This document shows positions 13,808 through 25,607 of a DNA stretch of 64,000 nucleotides, one piece after another (within the stretch, counting starts at the first letter, position 1; each line of letters starts with the position of its first letter). Source of the stretch: Ramazzottius varieornatus (lineage: Eukaryota; Animalia; Tardigrada); assembly GCA_001949185.1 (NCBI GenBank), contig BDGG01000007.1, positions 1,074,730 to 1,138,729 of the forward strand, written 5' to 3'. The notes beneath the pieces are model-generated. The model had not been told where the DNA came from and ran no database searches. It saw only the letters and a program-made list of their open reading frames with translations. Both the position numbers and the translations under genes were made by a program.

Positions 13808-14905
13808 TGGAAAGCGACAAACTCATTCTTGCATTCCCCATCATCCTTACCACAGTTTCGAACGGCTCCGTTGCAGTGAGTTCCTATAAGCAGAGGATTT
13901 CCAGACCAGTTCTTTGACGGATCTTGGGTCAAACCGTGTCCATGAATCGATCTACGTCTTTTCTGTGACTTCAGAAGGTTGTAGGACTTCCGGTATCTGA
14001 GCTAATGTCAGCGCAGGATTGGGAAATTCGGTCAGCGCTATGACCCGTGACTAACCTGGAGCTCGTCAGACCTGCAGCGGAGGCCAAGTTCATGCACGTA
14101 CCAGTCACGCCGACGGGGGGGCGGGGGCGACATAGCTTGGCAAGGGAGCATAGACCCTCATCACACCGAAGAAGGATTTTGAGATCCACCAAGTTTCCAG
14201 ACGAAGAAGAGGACGGGTATGTAAATTACGTGAGTTGTTATGTGAAGCGGCAACAAGTCTCGCTCTGAAGTTATCCGAAAAGGCACTTATGTACATGTGT
14301 AGTTTCCGTGAGCTTCTTTTGGTAAAGATCCGCCCAGTTTTTCAGCATGCGCGTGAAACACGCGGCTCACAAGAGAGCGGAAAAATGATTTCTTCCGTAC
14401 AATGGAAGGCAAATCCGCTTAAATCAGCTGAAAGTAATGTTTGTCATCATGGACTGGAGCATAACGTCACCAAGTTAATACCGCCGAACCCATATTTCTG
14501 GAGCGTAAAGTTATCGAGCAAGGGCAAAGTGGTTTGGTAGGAAAGCCAAAGAGTACTAAACGAGGGAAAAGCCGACTGAAATGGCATCAGCCCAATAGGG
14601 CAACTGGCTTAAAACCGTACGGTTTCGTTTACATGTGTTCTGTCGTTCACTGCTAACAGCCGCACGTAAACCATAACGATTATTTGATCAGTAGACCGTA
14701 AGAAGATGAGTATTGTCCATTGTGAACTCAACCATGCTCGTGCATCCACACCCTACTGGTCGACATAACTTCTTTTAACTCTCGATCTGTCGTACATACA
14801 TAGGTAAAATGCGCTCGTCTATTACTCGTTCAAACTTTCTGTCTGAAGAGCTTTGAAGCCGGCTACTTCAACGAACGTTCTTGAAGCTGGCAATCAACTC
14901 AGCTA

Positions 14906-15337
14906 ATGGCAACGCCCACTCCATCACAGTCCACTCCATGCTATCCTTTGTCCCGATGCACCACAGCGACTTTTCCTAGGCCGAAACCGGACCACGATCA
15001 CGGTCGGACGCCAGAAGAGTGGATCGTTCTGATCATATTCTTTGTATACATATACATTGCAGTGGCCATATTGACAAGTATAATGGTCATAACTGCGAGC
15101 CACCTTGTTCGCCAAGTACGCGCCCGGCGCCCTCAGGATCTGTCCGCTTCTCCCGCCCGTGTTCGCACTGCACGGGTTCCAGACGCCGTCGCAATCGGCT
15201 CTGCACAAGCAGTTGGTTCTGCCACCACCGCACCCAGCGCCATGCATACGGAAGGCTCCTCGGACGCCCCGCCAACTTTCGAAGAAGTTATGGCAAGTGA
15301 CTATAAACTAAGGTACGAGAAGCGGGATGCATGGTGA
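14906..15337 (+). CDS. Small single-pass membrane protein (143 aa) with PPxY-like C-terminal motif
   Basis: Hydrophobic segment WIVLIIFFVYIYIAVAILTSIMVITA, basic RQVRARR, tail DAPPTFEEVM; intact ORF. Confidence 0.65.
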   Translation: MATPTPSQSTPCYPLSRCTTATFPRPKPDHDHGRTPEEWIVLIIFFVYIYIAVAILTSIMVITASHLVRQVRARRPQDLSASPARVRTARVPDAVAIGSAQAVGSATTAPSAMHTEGSSDAPPTFEEVMASDYKLRYEKRDAW

Positions 15338-15816
15338 TGCGCAGGCTCGGGTACTATTTTGTGCTTACTTTGGGGGTGGCTTGTTCGATTCGTTTATTCG
15401 CGCTATCGCAGAGATTTCCCGAAACGTTGTCGATTTACCCCATCAACCCGGTGATTTACTGTTTGCCAGAAAAGAGAGTACAGCCTTCATTTCACATAGC
15501 ATCGGCTATGATGGGACAGAAAACCTGAACTTTTAAGGTAATACCGAATAAAGGCAGGTTTAAAATGACTAGGACATCACTCGCGATCCTGGACTCGGAC
15601 CGGGGTTCAACTGCACACGTATGATGACGTGCTTCGCGAAGTTCATGAAGCATTACAGTAGAGCACGTTGACGTGCAGAAGTGAATAACCAGTTGTCTAA
15701 TGAGCTTACACCAAAACCGAGCCTACGTCGAAACTCTGATTTGGCTAAAAAAACAATGACAGTATAACAACGTACAATTCCAATAACAAAGCAAGTGAAC
15801 ATGACGAAAAACAGCA

Positions 15817-17434
15817 TCACATATTCCGATTACCGCGATTTATGCAATTACTACAACGATGGGACATCGTTCGCCCTTCCCATTCTTTTGGGGCTGGTTC
15901 TTCATTGAAAGGACGGTAATTACGCTTTTCGTGCTTACAGAGTGGTTCCACCTTTTGAATGACTGTACGGGCGGCGGTACCTTCGAGTCCGGCTTCTCCA
16001 AACTTGGTGACGGCCAGCTGCTTTTTCTTCAGAATCGTTGGGACGCCTAAAACCAAAAACGGCAGATCAGGTGCAAGAGGTAATGGGAAAATTTCAGGAG
16101 GAGAATAAGAAGGAGAATAGCACTTACGGCGATCTGGGCAGTTTACAGCGCCTCCTCTTTGCTGACAGAAGTCAACGAAAAAGGAGGATTTTTGAGATGC
16201 ATACTTTCGCAATTCGTTCAAGTGAAAGCGCTGGAAAGGTTCACCGAGGGCTTTCTTGTCAACTTTCCATTCGTGTTCGGATTTTGATACCCCGTCCTTG
16301 CTATCTTCTTTAGAGACCGTTCAAGTATTACGTAAGATTCGGCAAACCGAATGGATCAAAGCCGCATCCATTGATTTGCTCTGATAGGGGGGTCCATTCG
16401 GCGCCTTTGATCTTGTCTTACGTAATACTTGAACGGTCCCTTACCGTCATCGATATTAGTATCGTCGGTGTCAGTGTTGTCTTCATCCTGTGGTTCTTGT
16501 ACGGTGGTTGCTGGTTCGCTGTCGTCTTGCTGAGCTGCCGGGGGGCTGGTGTCAACCTTCTGGTTGGCTATCGGGACGCTTTCTTGGGCCTCTGCAAAAG
16601 TCAAAAAACCAAGTGGAGACGTCCACTTGGTCTTTTCGTTGAGCCATCTCTGGAGAAGCATGAAACAAGTCAAGTGCCGTGGTGCGATGTTCCAGACGTA
16701 GATCCACCCCTTACCTTGTAACACAGTGGAGCCTTTCACGTTTAGCCCTGATGGTGCATCCGAGACGGAAACAGCGTTGGAACTTGGGAAGAAAGTAGAT
16801 CTACTTTCTTCCCAAGTTCCAAGTAGAAAGTCAGGCATGTGCAGGTAATGTTCGGGGTGGAGGGGTAGGGGAAGGGGACCGAAAACGTATTCGAAACGTA
16901 CCGTTCTTAGCTGCGTGTGGGAAAACTGACGCTCTTCTTCGCCTTGTTGGTTGCTGGTTGGTTATCTGCAATAGACAAACACGTGAAGATGGCCAAGTAA
17001 CGATGGCGAGGCAAACTGTTGTGCGTTATTCGGAGAGACGATATCGTCGAATGAATCCCGCTCCACGCCCTGTGGCGTTCTGGTCGCCGGAAGATCAATC
17101 AAGTACTGGGCGAAACGCCACCGTGGGCAGGATGACTCAGAAAACATACCTTTATCGATTTCCGCCAAGAATGAGTCTGAAGAATAGCTGCGTGGAAGTC
17201 GGAAGGCTTCGCAGCTAGTCGATCGATCAATGGGTAGTTTTGGTGTAATGGTGAGATCCCATTTCCGCCAAGAAATTGTTGCGAAAGGCCAATGACATAA
17301 GTGAAGTTGCTGTCCGTGATAGCCTTTACCTCCAGTAAAAGCATTTCCAGACGGACGGCCAAGTAGCTGTTGTCCTTCACGTCTGGTCGAGAATCATTTC
17401 CAACCTTGGAGCGGATGAACGTCGATAGCTTCAA
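15817..17434 (-). pseudogene. Decayed spliced gene of unknown function with acidic linker and C-terminal Cys/His cluster, disrupted by a MITE
   Basis: Removing the 16313-16440 MITE and one TSD fuses ORFs 16356-16838 and 15817-16221 in frame (DDGK|EDSKDG..LNELRK). GTAAGT..TTTTAG intron signals are present. Confidence 0.5.
16313..16440. mobile_element. PIF/Harbinger-type MITE (128 bp)
   Basis: TIR G(A/G)GACCGTTCAAGTATTACGTAAGA at both ends; 3-bp TSD TTA (16310-16312 and 16441-16443). Confidence 0.88.
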
Positions 17435-18542
17435 GAAGAAATACCACGGTATTACTACGGAAAATCAAGTGATCAATCGTTATCTTTCCCTTTGCGTCGA
17501 ATCGGGTCAGCAGTCGGATCCATTTCTGGAATGTCTCACGATTGGTTCGCTGCTGTTTCAGATGGCTCTAAATGCCTTCCACGACGATCTTACGTTTCAT
17601 GGTTGAAGGAAGGACAGGAATTCGGGAAAAGCAGGGAATAGATAAACCAAGCTACGAACAGAAACGCTTCTTTTAATAAAATGGCGCAAAAGATGACTGC
17701 TCGATGGAAGTTTCGAGTCATGTCAGCAGCAAATCGGATGTGTGACTTCCCGGTACCAGAAGCGAGATCGGGTGGTGTAGAAGCAGAAAGGCTGGAGGCT
17801 GAACTTGTCACTGTGTGCTGGTTTTCGTTCAGCAACGAAGCGTGCTGTGCACGGGAATTCGTATATCCCGCTCTGCTCAAATGGGCTTTGTTCAGTGAGC
17901 AATGAGTTGAGGCGGACGTCGAATTCGCCTGATTGAGACTGGCAAAGTTTCAATTTGTGTGGGCTTGGATTGGAACTGTTCAAAGTTTTCCATCATAACT
18001 CGACTTCCTGCATCCACCAAAGAACCCTGGAGGAAGTATGGACGGAAAGGATATCCTCTGGAGGCTGGATTTACTGGTCACCGGAAGCGCACTGTGTCTG
18101 CTGATCGAGAAACGGTTCAATCAAGTAAGAATACCTTTTTGTACTATTGATTGTTGATTTATTCACGGTACCATGCCTGGATCTTTCCTCGTGGTGGTGG
18201 ACTAGGCCTCTCCTGCGCCCGTAACCTCGCCCGCAAGAAGAACCCGATCAGTTTGAAGAAGAGGAAGATGACCAAGACGATGACGATGATGAACAGAGGG
18301 AAGATGATCCCACTGAAGCCAGATTCACGGAGGATAAAGACCAGGTGAGTTATTTTCTGTACTTCTCGGGCAGTACTGCGATTCAGTTTTGGTCTTTGCA
18401 GCGTTTGCCCCACCATAACACACCGCCTGAAGCGGAAGTGCTTCCCTTCGCACTCGTCGTCGATAAGCAGCAGGAGAACGGAGTAGATAAAGAAGCAACC
18501 GAAGAGGGGCAGGGAGCGGAAGATACATCAGCTATTGAGTAA
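17400..18542 (+). pseudogene. Decayed spliced gene fragment with acidic C-terminus
   Basis: Protein-like frames broken by stops; acidic run EEEEDDQDDDDDEQREDD; GTGAGT..TTGCAG intron at ~18345-18401; stop at 18542. Confidence 0.4.
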
Positions 18543-20165
18543 AATTATTTTCTACCGGTCCGAACACACTCATAAGTTGTTCGTCTTCAGTTCCTACTTA
18601 GTTCCTACTTTGTCTTACTGATACTCTTTGACTCCTTGTTAAAAGCTGAAGCTGTTTTGTGACGACATTTCCGGCTGAGGGAGACAGTTCTAAGCTTCCG
18701 GTTTTGAGTTTTTACAGATCAATCCAAATTTGTTACGTTTTTCTCAATACTTATAACTGCCCCAATTTTAACTGATGGCAGCTTTCGTTCGTTCTGTGAA
18801 TTTGATCCCTGCAGTTGACATTCTTATTGAATTTTGCAGAACTTTCAATGCAACGATCGAGATTCGAGAACGAATGAACTTCCTCGTGAAACAAAACGAG
18901 ATTTTGTCAGTAATGACGATACTGCTTTATGGTACCATAGAAGAAAAGTGATGCTTCTTGCGATGATATGCAGGACGTTTAGACAAGAAATATTTTGATG
19001 GAAGTGACAACTGCTTCGCGAAAACCTGGGCAGGTAGGCGCTTTCTGCACGCACTCTTGACAGCAGGGAACGTGCTTGCACGGCTAACCAAGCAATATAC
19101 TTTCACTTTTATCGTGAAACATTCGTAAAACTTCAATACGCGCATCTTGACATTGTCTTCGGACCAGCTGTACTGGCAGCTGGCAGCTGGCAGCAGGTTG
19201 CCAGGTCTAGCAGGGCTCCGGAGCATAGTTTCGCAACCTACAGCATGCGATAGAGAAAACATCCCTTTATCCAGTGATATTGATTGCTCGTGCGAAATTT
19301 TTACGTGAAAAATTACTCAAAATCTTTTGCGACAAGGAAGCATTGTATAACTTCGATTGACCATTCGCGCAGTCAAATATGTCTAGATGGACCTGGTCTA
19401 TTTGTGCTGCGCACTGGTCCAGCGCTTCTTTTATGGCTCGCTTCCTTCTCGCGGCATCTAAGTAATTAACAAGTGAAAAAACTTCATTTTCAGCAAAATA
19501 AGCCATTGCTGAAAAATTATGCTGTTTGACGAATGTGATGTGGAAAATTATATTCAGGTCATAGTTTGCAGTTTCACGAGAGAATGTTCGTAAATTCGAC
19601 AGGGTAGACAGTCGTGGTTCCTTACGAAATTTTTCCCGCTGCGACCAGTTGGAAGTGGACAGCTCTGAATATGGATTCTCGCTTGTCCGCGTTATCAAGT
19701 TTATTGTTTGCCGGTGTCTTCACAAATGATTCCCGAAGGCCCGATGGCAGCGGGCGTCGAATATGGGCGAAGATCTACTCTAATTTTAGCATTCGTACCA
19801 TCGTGATACAAGTAAAAATCGAGAGTACGCTAAGCAGCAGATCAACACTTGCTAAAATTAATTCGGTCAGCAATATACAGTTCTCCAAATGTCGGTTACA
19901 GTGCGGAAGTGCTAAAACTGGAAAGAAAGTGACCAGAGAAAGTTTGAATGCGCCGATATTTGAATCGACTTTCCTTCTTTCATTGCGCGGAACTACGCCG
20001 AAATGAACCATCAGAAACAATATGTCTGAATAAACAGCAGCACGGATGCCTAATGCCGTAGAATTCCTGTTGACTACTGGTCAAGTCAACAAGAGACGCG
20101 TGGAGAATGACCAGGCGAAGGCCGGGTCCGATGCACGAAGAATGAACGAGGAAGTGAGACTTTAA

Positions 20166-21406
20166 CACTCATAGTACCGGAGGTATAACTCGGTTTCGCC
20201 GCGCACGGTTACCTGACCGCATACCACTTCCTGTACAGCTTTGGCGGTTCAGTATTTTTTTTGTGCTTGTAGTGGCAAGTTCTATATGACATTTAGCTGG
20301 TGACCACTGGCTAAACACTACGTACGGAATTAGAGATATTTCACGAGGCTCGAGGGCAAAATGCTCCCAACACATGCTCCAAGTCCTCCTTCACGCGCCA
20401 AGCGTTTCAACAGCTGGAAAAAAATTCACAACAACTCACAATCACTTCTTTACACCATTATATCTCCAGCGTCCAACTAGCGGTTGTCCAGTGGTCAGAC
20501 AAAAAATCGCAAGTTGCTCGTGGTGTTTCGACATATGGCGCTGCCCATGACGTCACGAACGATAATACCACTGGTGGCGCCGCCAAAGTGGCACGAAGTA
20601 AATTCAATTTTTCAGATTTCTATTTTACGCATTGCCTTTTGCGAACCTGTCTCTCAATCTTGTCTCCTCGTCGCAGTCTTTACCTTAACTTCCAAGCCTG
20701 CGTAATTATGGAAGCAGAAAAGGAATTGGCGACTGCGTTCCAGATTCAAGGGTACGTCACATCATCCTAAGCCGTACACTGAAAGCGGACTTGCGAAGAC
20801 GGAATATTGTTGCGTACGTGATATGGTCCGAAGTCAAGCCTGAGTGAAATCCTACCTTGACCATGCGGTGCCGTATCTTCCTCCAGGAGATGAGCAAGCA
20901 GTTGCTGCAGCCACAGTTCCAGCGACGATCGACGGTGGCACGCCTTTCCTCCGCCATCAAGAAGTCCATAGCCTCCGTGGTACCAAATAACGAAGACACG
21001 GGCGAAACTGCTGGTACTGCCCGAGCTACTGTTTCGTCCAAGAAGTCAACCAGATGCAGATACTGTCCCAGAAAGACTGAGCGAAGAACGATGATTGTGT
21101 GTGGCTCATGTAACGTCCATGTTTGTGCAGCGCACAGATTAACGAAGCAGAGTGTTGTTTGTTTAGATTGCAGCAAGAAGGAATGGAAATGAGTGTAGCG
21201 AAAACTGGAATGAAATACATTGGCGTACCGCGGTCATGTGGCGGAACACTACGCTGGTTTTGCGCAGTGACATTCGCAACTTCATGGGGGAGCACGGCGA
21301 TTAGTCTGTACACGCCTCTATTGTTCTTCCAGCCAGTTAAAAGGCTGTGAAACTTTGTTGTACCCCCGGTATTCTGCCAGCATGAAATTACCCGGTATTA
21401 CAAGTG
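20166..21406 (+). mobile_element. Complete non-autonomous piggyBac deletion derivative (1241 bp), copy 3
   Basis: TTAA TSD at 20162-20165 and 21407-21410. TIRs CACTCATAGTACCGG / CCGGTATTACAAGTG. CRD ORF runs from ATG 20863 to 21192. Confidence 0.93.
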
Positions 21407-21999
21407 TTAAGCTTGGCGCTACAATGAAAGTACAAGGGGTTTGCCTGTGTTGCTGTACGTGCTGGATGCCAGAAGCATGCGGTCTGTCCAACTGTTGGTT
21501 TTGTTGTCGGTAGTCTCCTTCGAGGAATATCATTACTATTACGAAGAACCGACTAGTCTTATACTGAAGATCTGCACCACCCGGTAGCAATGCCATCTTT
21601 CAGACTTAAGTCTTTCTTAAAGTCTTTTTGGAAATTAATCCAAGGTCAACCGATCGACCAGTCGAATCTTAGGTGGTTACGAGCACTTATTGCTTATCAC
21701 GTCATATAAAAACTGGCCACGTCCACAAGTCGACCTGCTTTAGCCGTCTGATATTGCCCCCTTATTGTGGGCCGTAATTGATTTCTAGTGCGTCTGGCTT
21801 CCTGGTATGCACAACTTGCTGCACTTGATCATTCGATGTCCAATACGCGTAGAAAGAGCCGCCACAATGACTACTTCCAGCCAGAAAGACCATGTGCGAA
21901 TACCTCTCTGCGTACGCCGACGCGCACGATCTCCTCAAACACATAAAGGCAACAAGACTTTGAACTATCAGAGTAACTGTATTACAGCTGCAATGATTT

Positions 22000-23050
22000 T
22001 GCAGATGAAACATGTGGTTAAATCCATTATACCATGTTTCGGAGTGGAGTCGTCTGATACGCGTAGGAGTCAAGGCTGGAAGATCACCACTCTCAATCTG
22101 GATGCAAACTCGAGGTCCTAGGACACATTCGACGTGGTTATTATTTGTAACGGGTAATGCTGTCCTATTGTCAAATCAGAAAGTCTCAGTGAACAGCCTA
22201 CTTTCTTTTGGCAGTCAGTACAGAAAACCGCACCCTCCGGCCATTCCCACTCTGGACGGCTTCCGTGGCGCAGTTCTCCACAGTGGTGAATACCGCAATG
22301 GAGAAAAGTACTAAGACCATAATGTCCTCGTTATCGGCAGCGGTATATCGGCCAATGACATAGTGTGCGAGCTACAGAGTCTCACCAAATACGTGTTCAT
22401 AAACCGGCGAAAATTTGAAAATGTATTTGACGATCGAGCAAAGTTCCCCAACGTGCATCTGGTTCCCGAGCCACTTAAGTTTACAACTGGAGGATTAACA
22501 TTGAGCGCTAACATTGAGCGTTCCTGCCTGTTGATACCGTGAACTTAGCCACGGGATATGTTTTTAACTTCCCGTTCTTGACACCGGAATGCGGCATCCG
22601 GTTCAGTCGAGGACGCACATGGCCGCTGTACCGTCACATGATCAACTGCGAGTACCCTACAATGGCCTTCATCGGTTGCATCCAGAAGCAGATACCCGTC
22701 TTGCCGGTCGTGGAGGACCAAATCAAGTTCTACAAGGCCTGGCTAGATGGAGTATTTACCCTGCCTTCAACCGAAGAGATGAAGAGGAACTGCGAGGCGG
22801 ACTACGCGGAAAGGCTTGCGGAGGGGATGCTGGAGCATAATGCTCATGAAATGCGAACGATCGAGCAAAGATTGTACCCATACCTGGATTCGCTGGCGCA
22901 GGATGGGAAGTTCAAACCTTGGAGTGCAGCTATGAAAGGAATATTGTTGATTTTTGCAGGCAATAACGTGAGGCAGGCTTGCAGTGCCAAAAGCTACCGC
23001 TTCACAGTGATTGATTAGAGCAACTTCCTTGTCGACAAAACAGAGGAGTA
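22000..23050 (+). pseudogene. Flavin-containing monooxygenase (FMO) pseudogene, 5' truncated
   Basis: FDVVIICNG, FMO signature FRGAVLHSGEYR, NADPH motif VLVIGSGISA, ATGY and PLYRHM..PTMAFIG. In-frame stops (e.g. 22312-22314); N-terminal FAD GxGxxG motif absent. Confidence 0.9.
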
Positions 23051-23146
23051 AACGAACTAGGCTTATCCTTCGTGAAAGGATACATTGTGCGCTTTGAAGA
23101 TATTATTATCAATAATTTTGGTTCTATCCGGATACTTTGGGCGAGG

Positions 23147-23430
23147 TCATTTTTTCAAAGATATTGGCAAGCTAGTGCAACAGTGACATAATGCTGTGAT
23201 AAGCTGAACGCATAAAAGCTCCTGAGACTGGCAATTATGTGACCATATGGTTTCATACGACGGTGGTACATCGACGAAAGGTTTCACCACAGGTGCCGGA
23301 TGCGAAACAGTTAATATGCTGCTGTTGCTCATAACAGGGTGCGTTAATGGCCGGACAGAAACGCGTGTCAAGTCTCATTATCAGAAACCGGCTACGCCAA
23401 CCGCTACCATGGTCGTGATGTCCATCTTTG
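23147..23430 (-). pseudogene. Relic paralog of the 4486 PPxY microprotein
   Basis: MDITTMVAVGVAGF, then three stops, then in-frame VKPFVDVPPSYET matching RPFMDAPPNYDV. Confidence 0.55.
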
Positions 23431-23999
23431 CTGTAGCTGGTGTGAACGTACGAAATGTGTGGAGCAGGACCAAGGGGATAACGGTGGATCTTGCAAAAGG
23501 TCTAATGGATAGAAGGAAGGCTGGTAGAAACAGAGGCCAATTGGGCGGTAAAGACCACCCGAAAATCGGGAAGCGCCGTCTGAACCAAATACAATGGTTA
23601 GTAAGAACAAAGAGCTAATGGGTACCCTACAGTAAAACTACGTGAGAAAACCGGCATTACAGGGACTTTGGCGTCCGAAACCTTTATGCCGGCAAACCTG
23701 CTATGCTCTACCTCACCACCAATGTGGTAACAGCAACACCGTTTTTACAAACCGTACTGATGTTTAACTCACTAGCAAGTGGTACACCACTGGACAGCCG
23801 AGCTCCAATGGCAACGCATCTGGCTCCGAGTCCGCCCCAAAACGTGCCATCACGTGGGTGGTCAAACTTAACATGGCCCGAGTCTGCCTTCAAGAAAGCC
23901 TCGCTTCGCTCGGCTGGACAAGGCAGTAGAGTGTAGACTGGTGTGGACTTCCTCACGATCGTAAAATGATTAGATGGTGTACAGTCTTTTCCGTGGACC

Positions 24000-24077
24000 A
24001 TTTACTATATGAAAACATACAGCGATAAAAAAGCCGGCATTTACTATATGAAAACATACAGCGGTAAAAAAGCCGGC
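24000..24077. repeat. 39-bp tandem duplication
   Basis: ATTTACTATATGAAAACATACAGCG(A/G)TAAAAAAGCCGGC x2. Confidence 0.9.
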
Positions 24078-25607
24078 GTTGGCAGAGGGCACCACAACTG
24101 GATAACCGACTGACTACAAAGGCGGCTCGTGTAAATTCATTAAATTTCTCAAGAAGGTTTCATTGACCCGTCGAAGAGCTTACGTTATTCTTTATCCTTC
24201 CGCGCGTGTAAAACCGATTAATGTCAGTGTAAAATCATAGGCTGTCACAGCTGCGGAGTGCTTGCATTAATCCTGCGTACTCAGTCACGAAGGGTACTTG
24301 ACCCAAGTACATTTCCCAACAGATGCCACACACTGCTTTTCGTTTTGCATAGTAAAAACTAATCAAATGCTGCGTTACTTCGTCACCACAGTGTCTTCTG
24401 TGGGAGATCACGGAACGGGAAGACCAACTTGCTGTTCGCCAAAGGCAGACCAGCTATGTTCATGAGGGTCAGACAAATTGGACGTCAGACGTGCGAGAAC
24501 GAAATCTATACTGCAGGGACATTTCCCGCTTCTGAAGATGGTTGTCGCTTCTCGCGCCGAAGGCTTACTGTGTATGCGCTCTCACACACCGCATGTACTG
24601 TACGTCACCCGTCTCAGACAACCCAACACAAATCTTGATCAATCGAGTCAGTTGTGCAGAGCACCAGAAATGTCCGCAGATCTAAAAGAACGTAGCGTCT
24701 TATTGGTTGTTGTGACCGGAAGCATTAAATTGCGATCGGTTCCAAGTCCAATGGGGTATTTTGAAAACATGGGCTAAAGAGAAGCGGGCTTTGTAATTGG
24801 AAAATGACCGAAATTCAACAAACTTGAGAATCGCATTGATGAATTGCGCGGACTTTGCAGATAGCAACTCCGGAGCCCAATCTACCGACCCTCCAGCTTT
24901 CATTTCCACAAACTCGAGTGTTCATTACCCCGGCTTAACACTTATTAATTTCTAAATTTTATGGCCCTTGTCAGTCCTACCAGGTAAAAGGATGCCACGT
25001 GACACTTGACGGATTCAATAATCCGCTAACCCTGACACTTGAACGTTCCTACTTGTCATTCCGACAATGTTCCTAAGCCGGCTGTAACAAGCCACTTTGG
25101 CGGCGAATTAGCCATATTAGCGTGAGCTCAGCTGAGAGCTTTCTGCCGGCGCGACGCTCATTCCCCTATTCAGCTGTCTCACCGTGCGTGTGTTGACAAG
25201 AAGGAGCCAGCCGCTGCGAGCCACTTGAGCTTACTGAAATCGATCCGTTCTTCGCGTACCAGCTGAACATCACACCTCTTCTCGCCAAGCGGCATACGAG
25301 GTACAAGGACATTCCTCGTATATGGGCCCATGTATGCTACGTAAAACCTCATTACCCACCAGCATAAAAATCGCCGGTTTCCGCCATTAGTGGACGATCA
25401 TCCGCCGCATCTCCAATTTCACGATTTCCTGTTTAGTATGAGGCTTGATCCAATTATTTTCGAATGAAGTCGTTGCAGCGATACTTTGTGCTAATGCGTC
25501 AATATAACCATCGAGTTTCGGTTACGATGTGCGCTAGAAATTCCCGTTGTTACGCTCAGTCGAAAAATTAAAAGTTTTCCACGTGTTCTAAAATTTCTGG
25601 ATTCACG

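Noticed and set aside
18159-18416. Apparent TM protein on minus strand
   Set aside because: Antisense shadow of the acidic GAY/GAR-rich plus-strand segment.
18845-19698. Protein-like minus-strand ORFs
   Set aside because: Broken by stops, with no recognisable motif.
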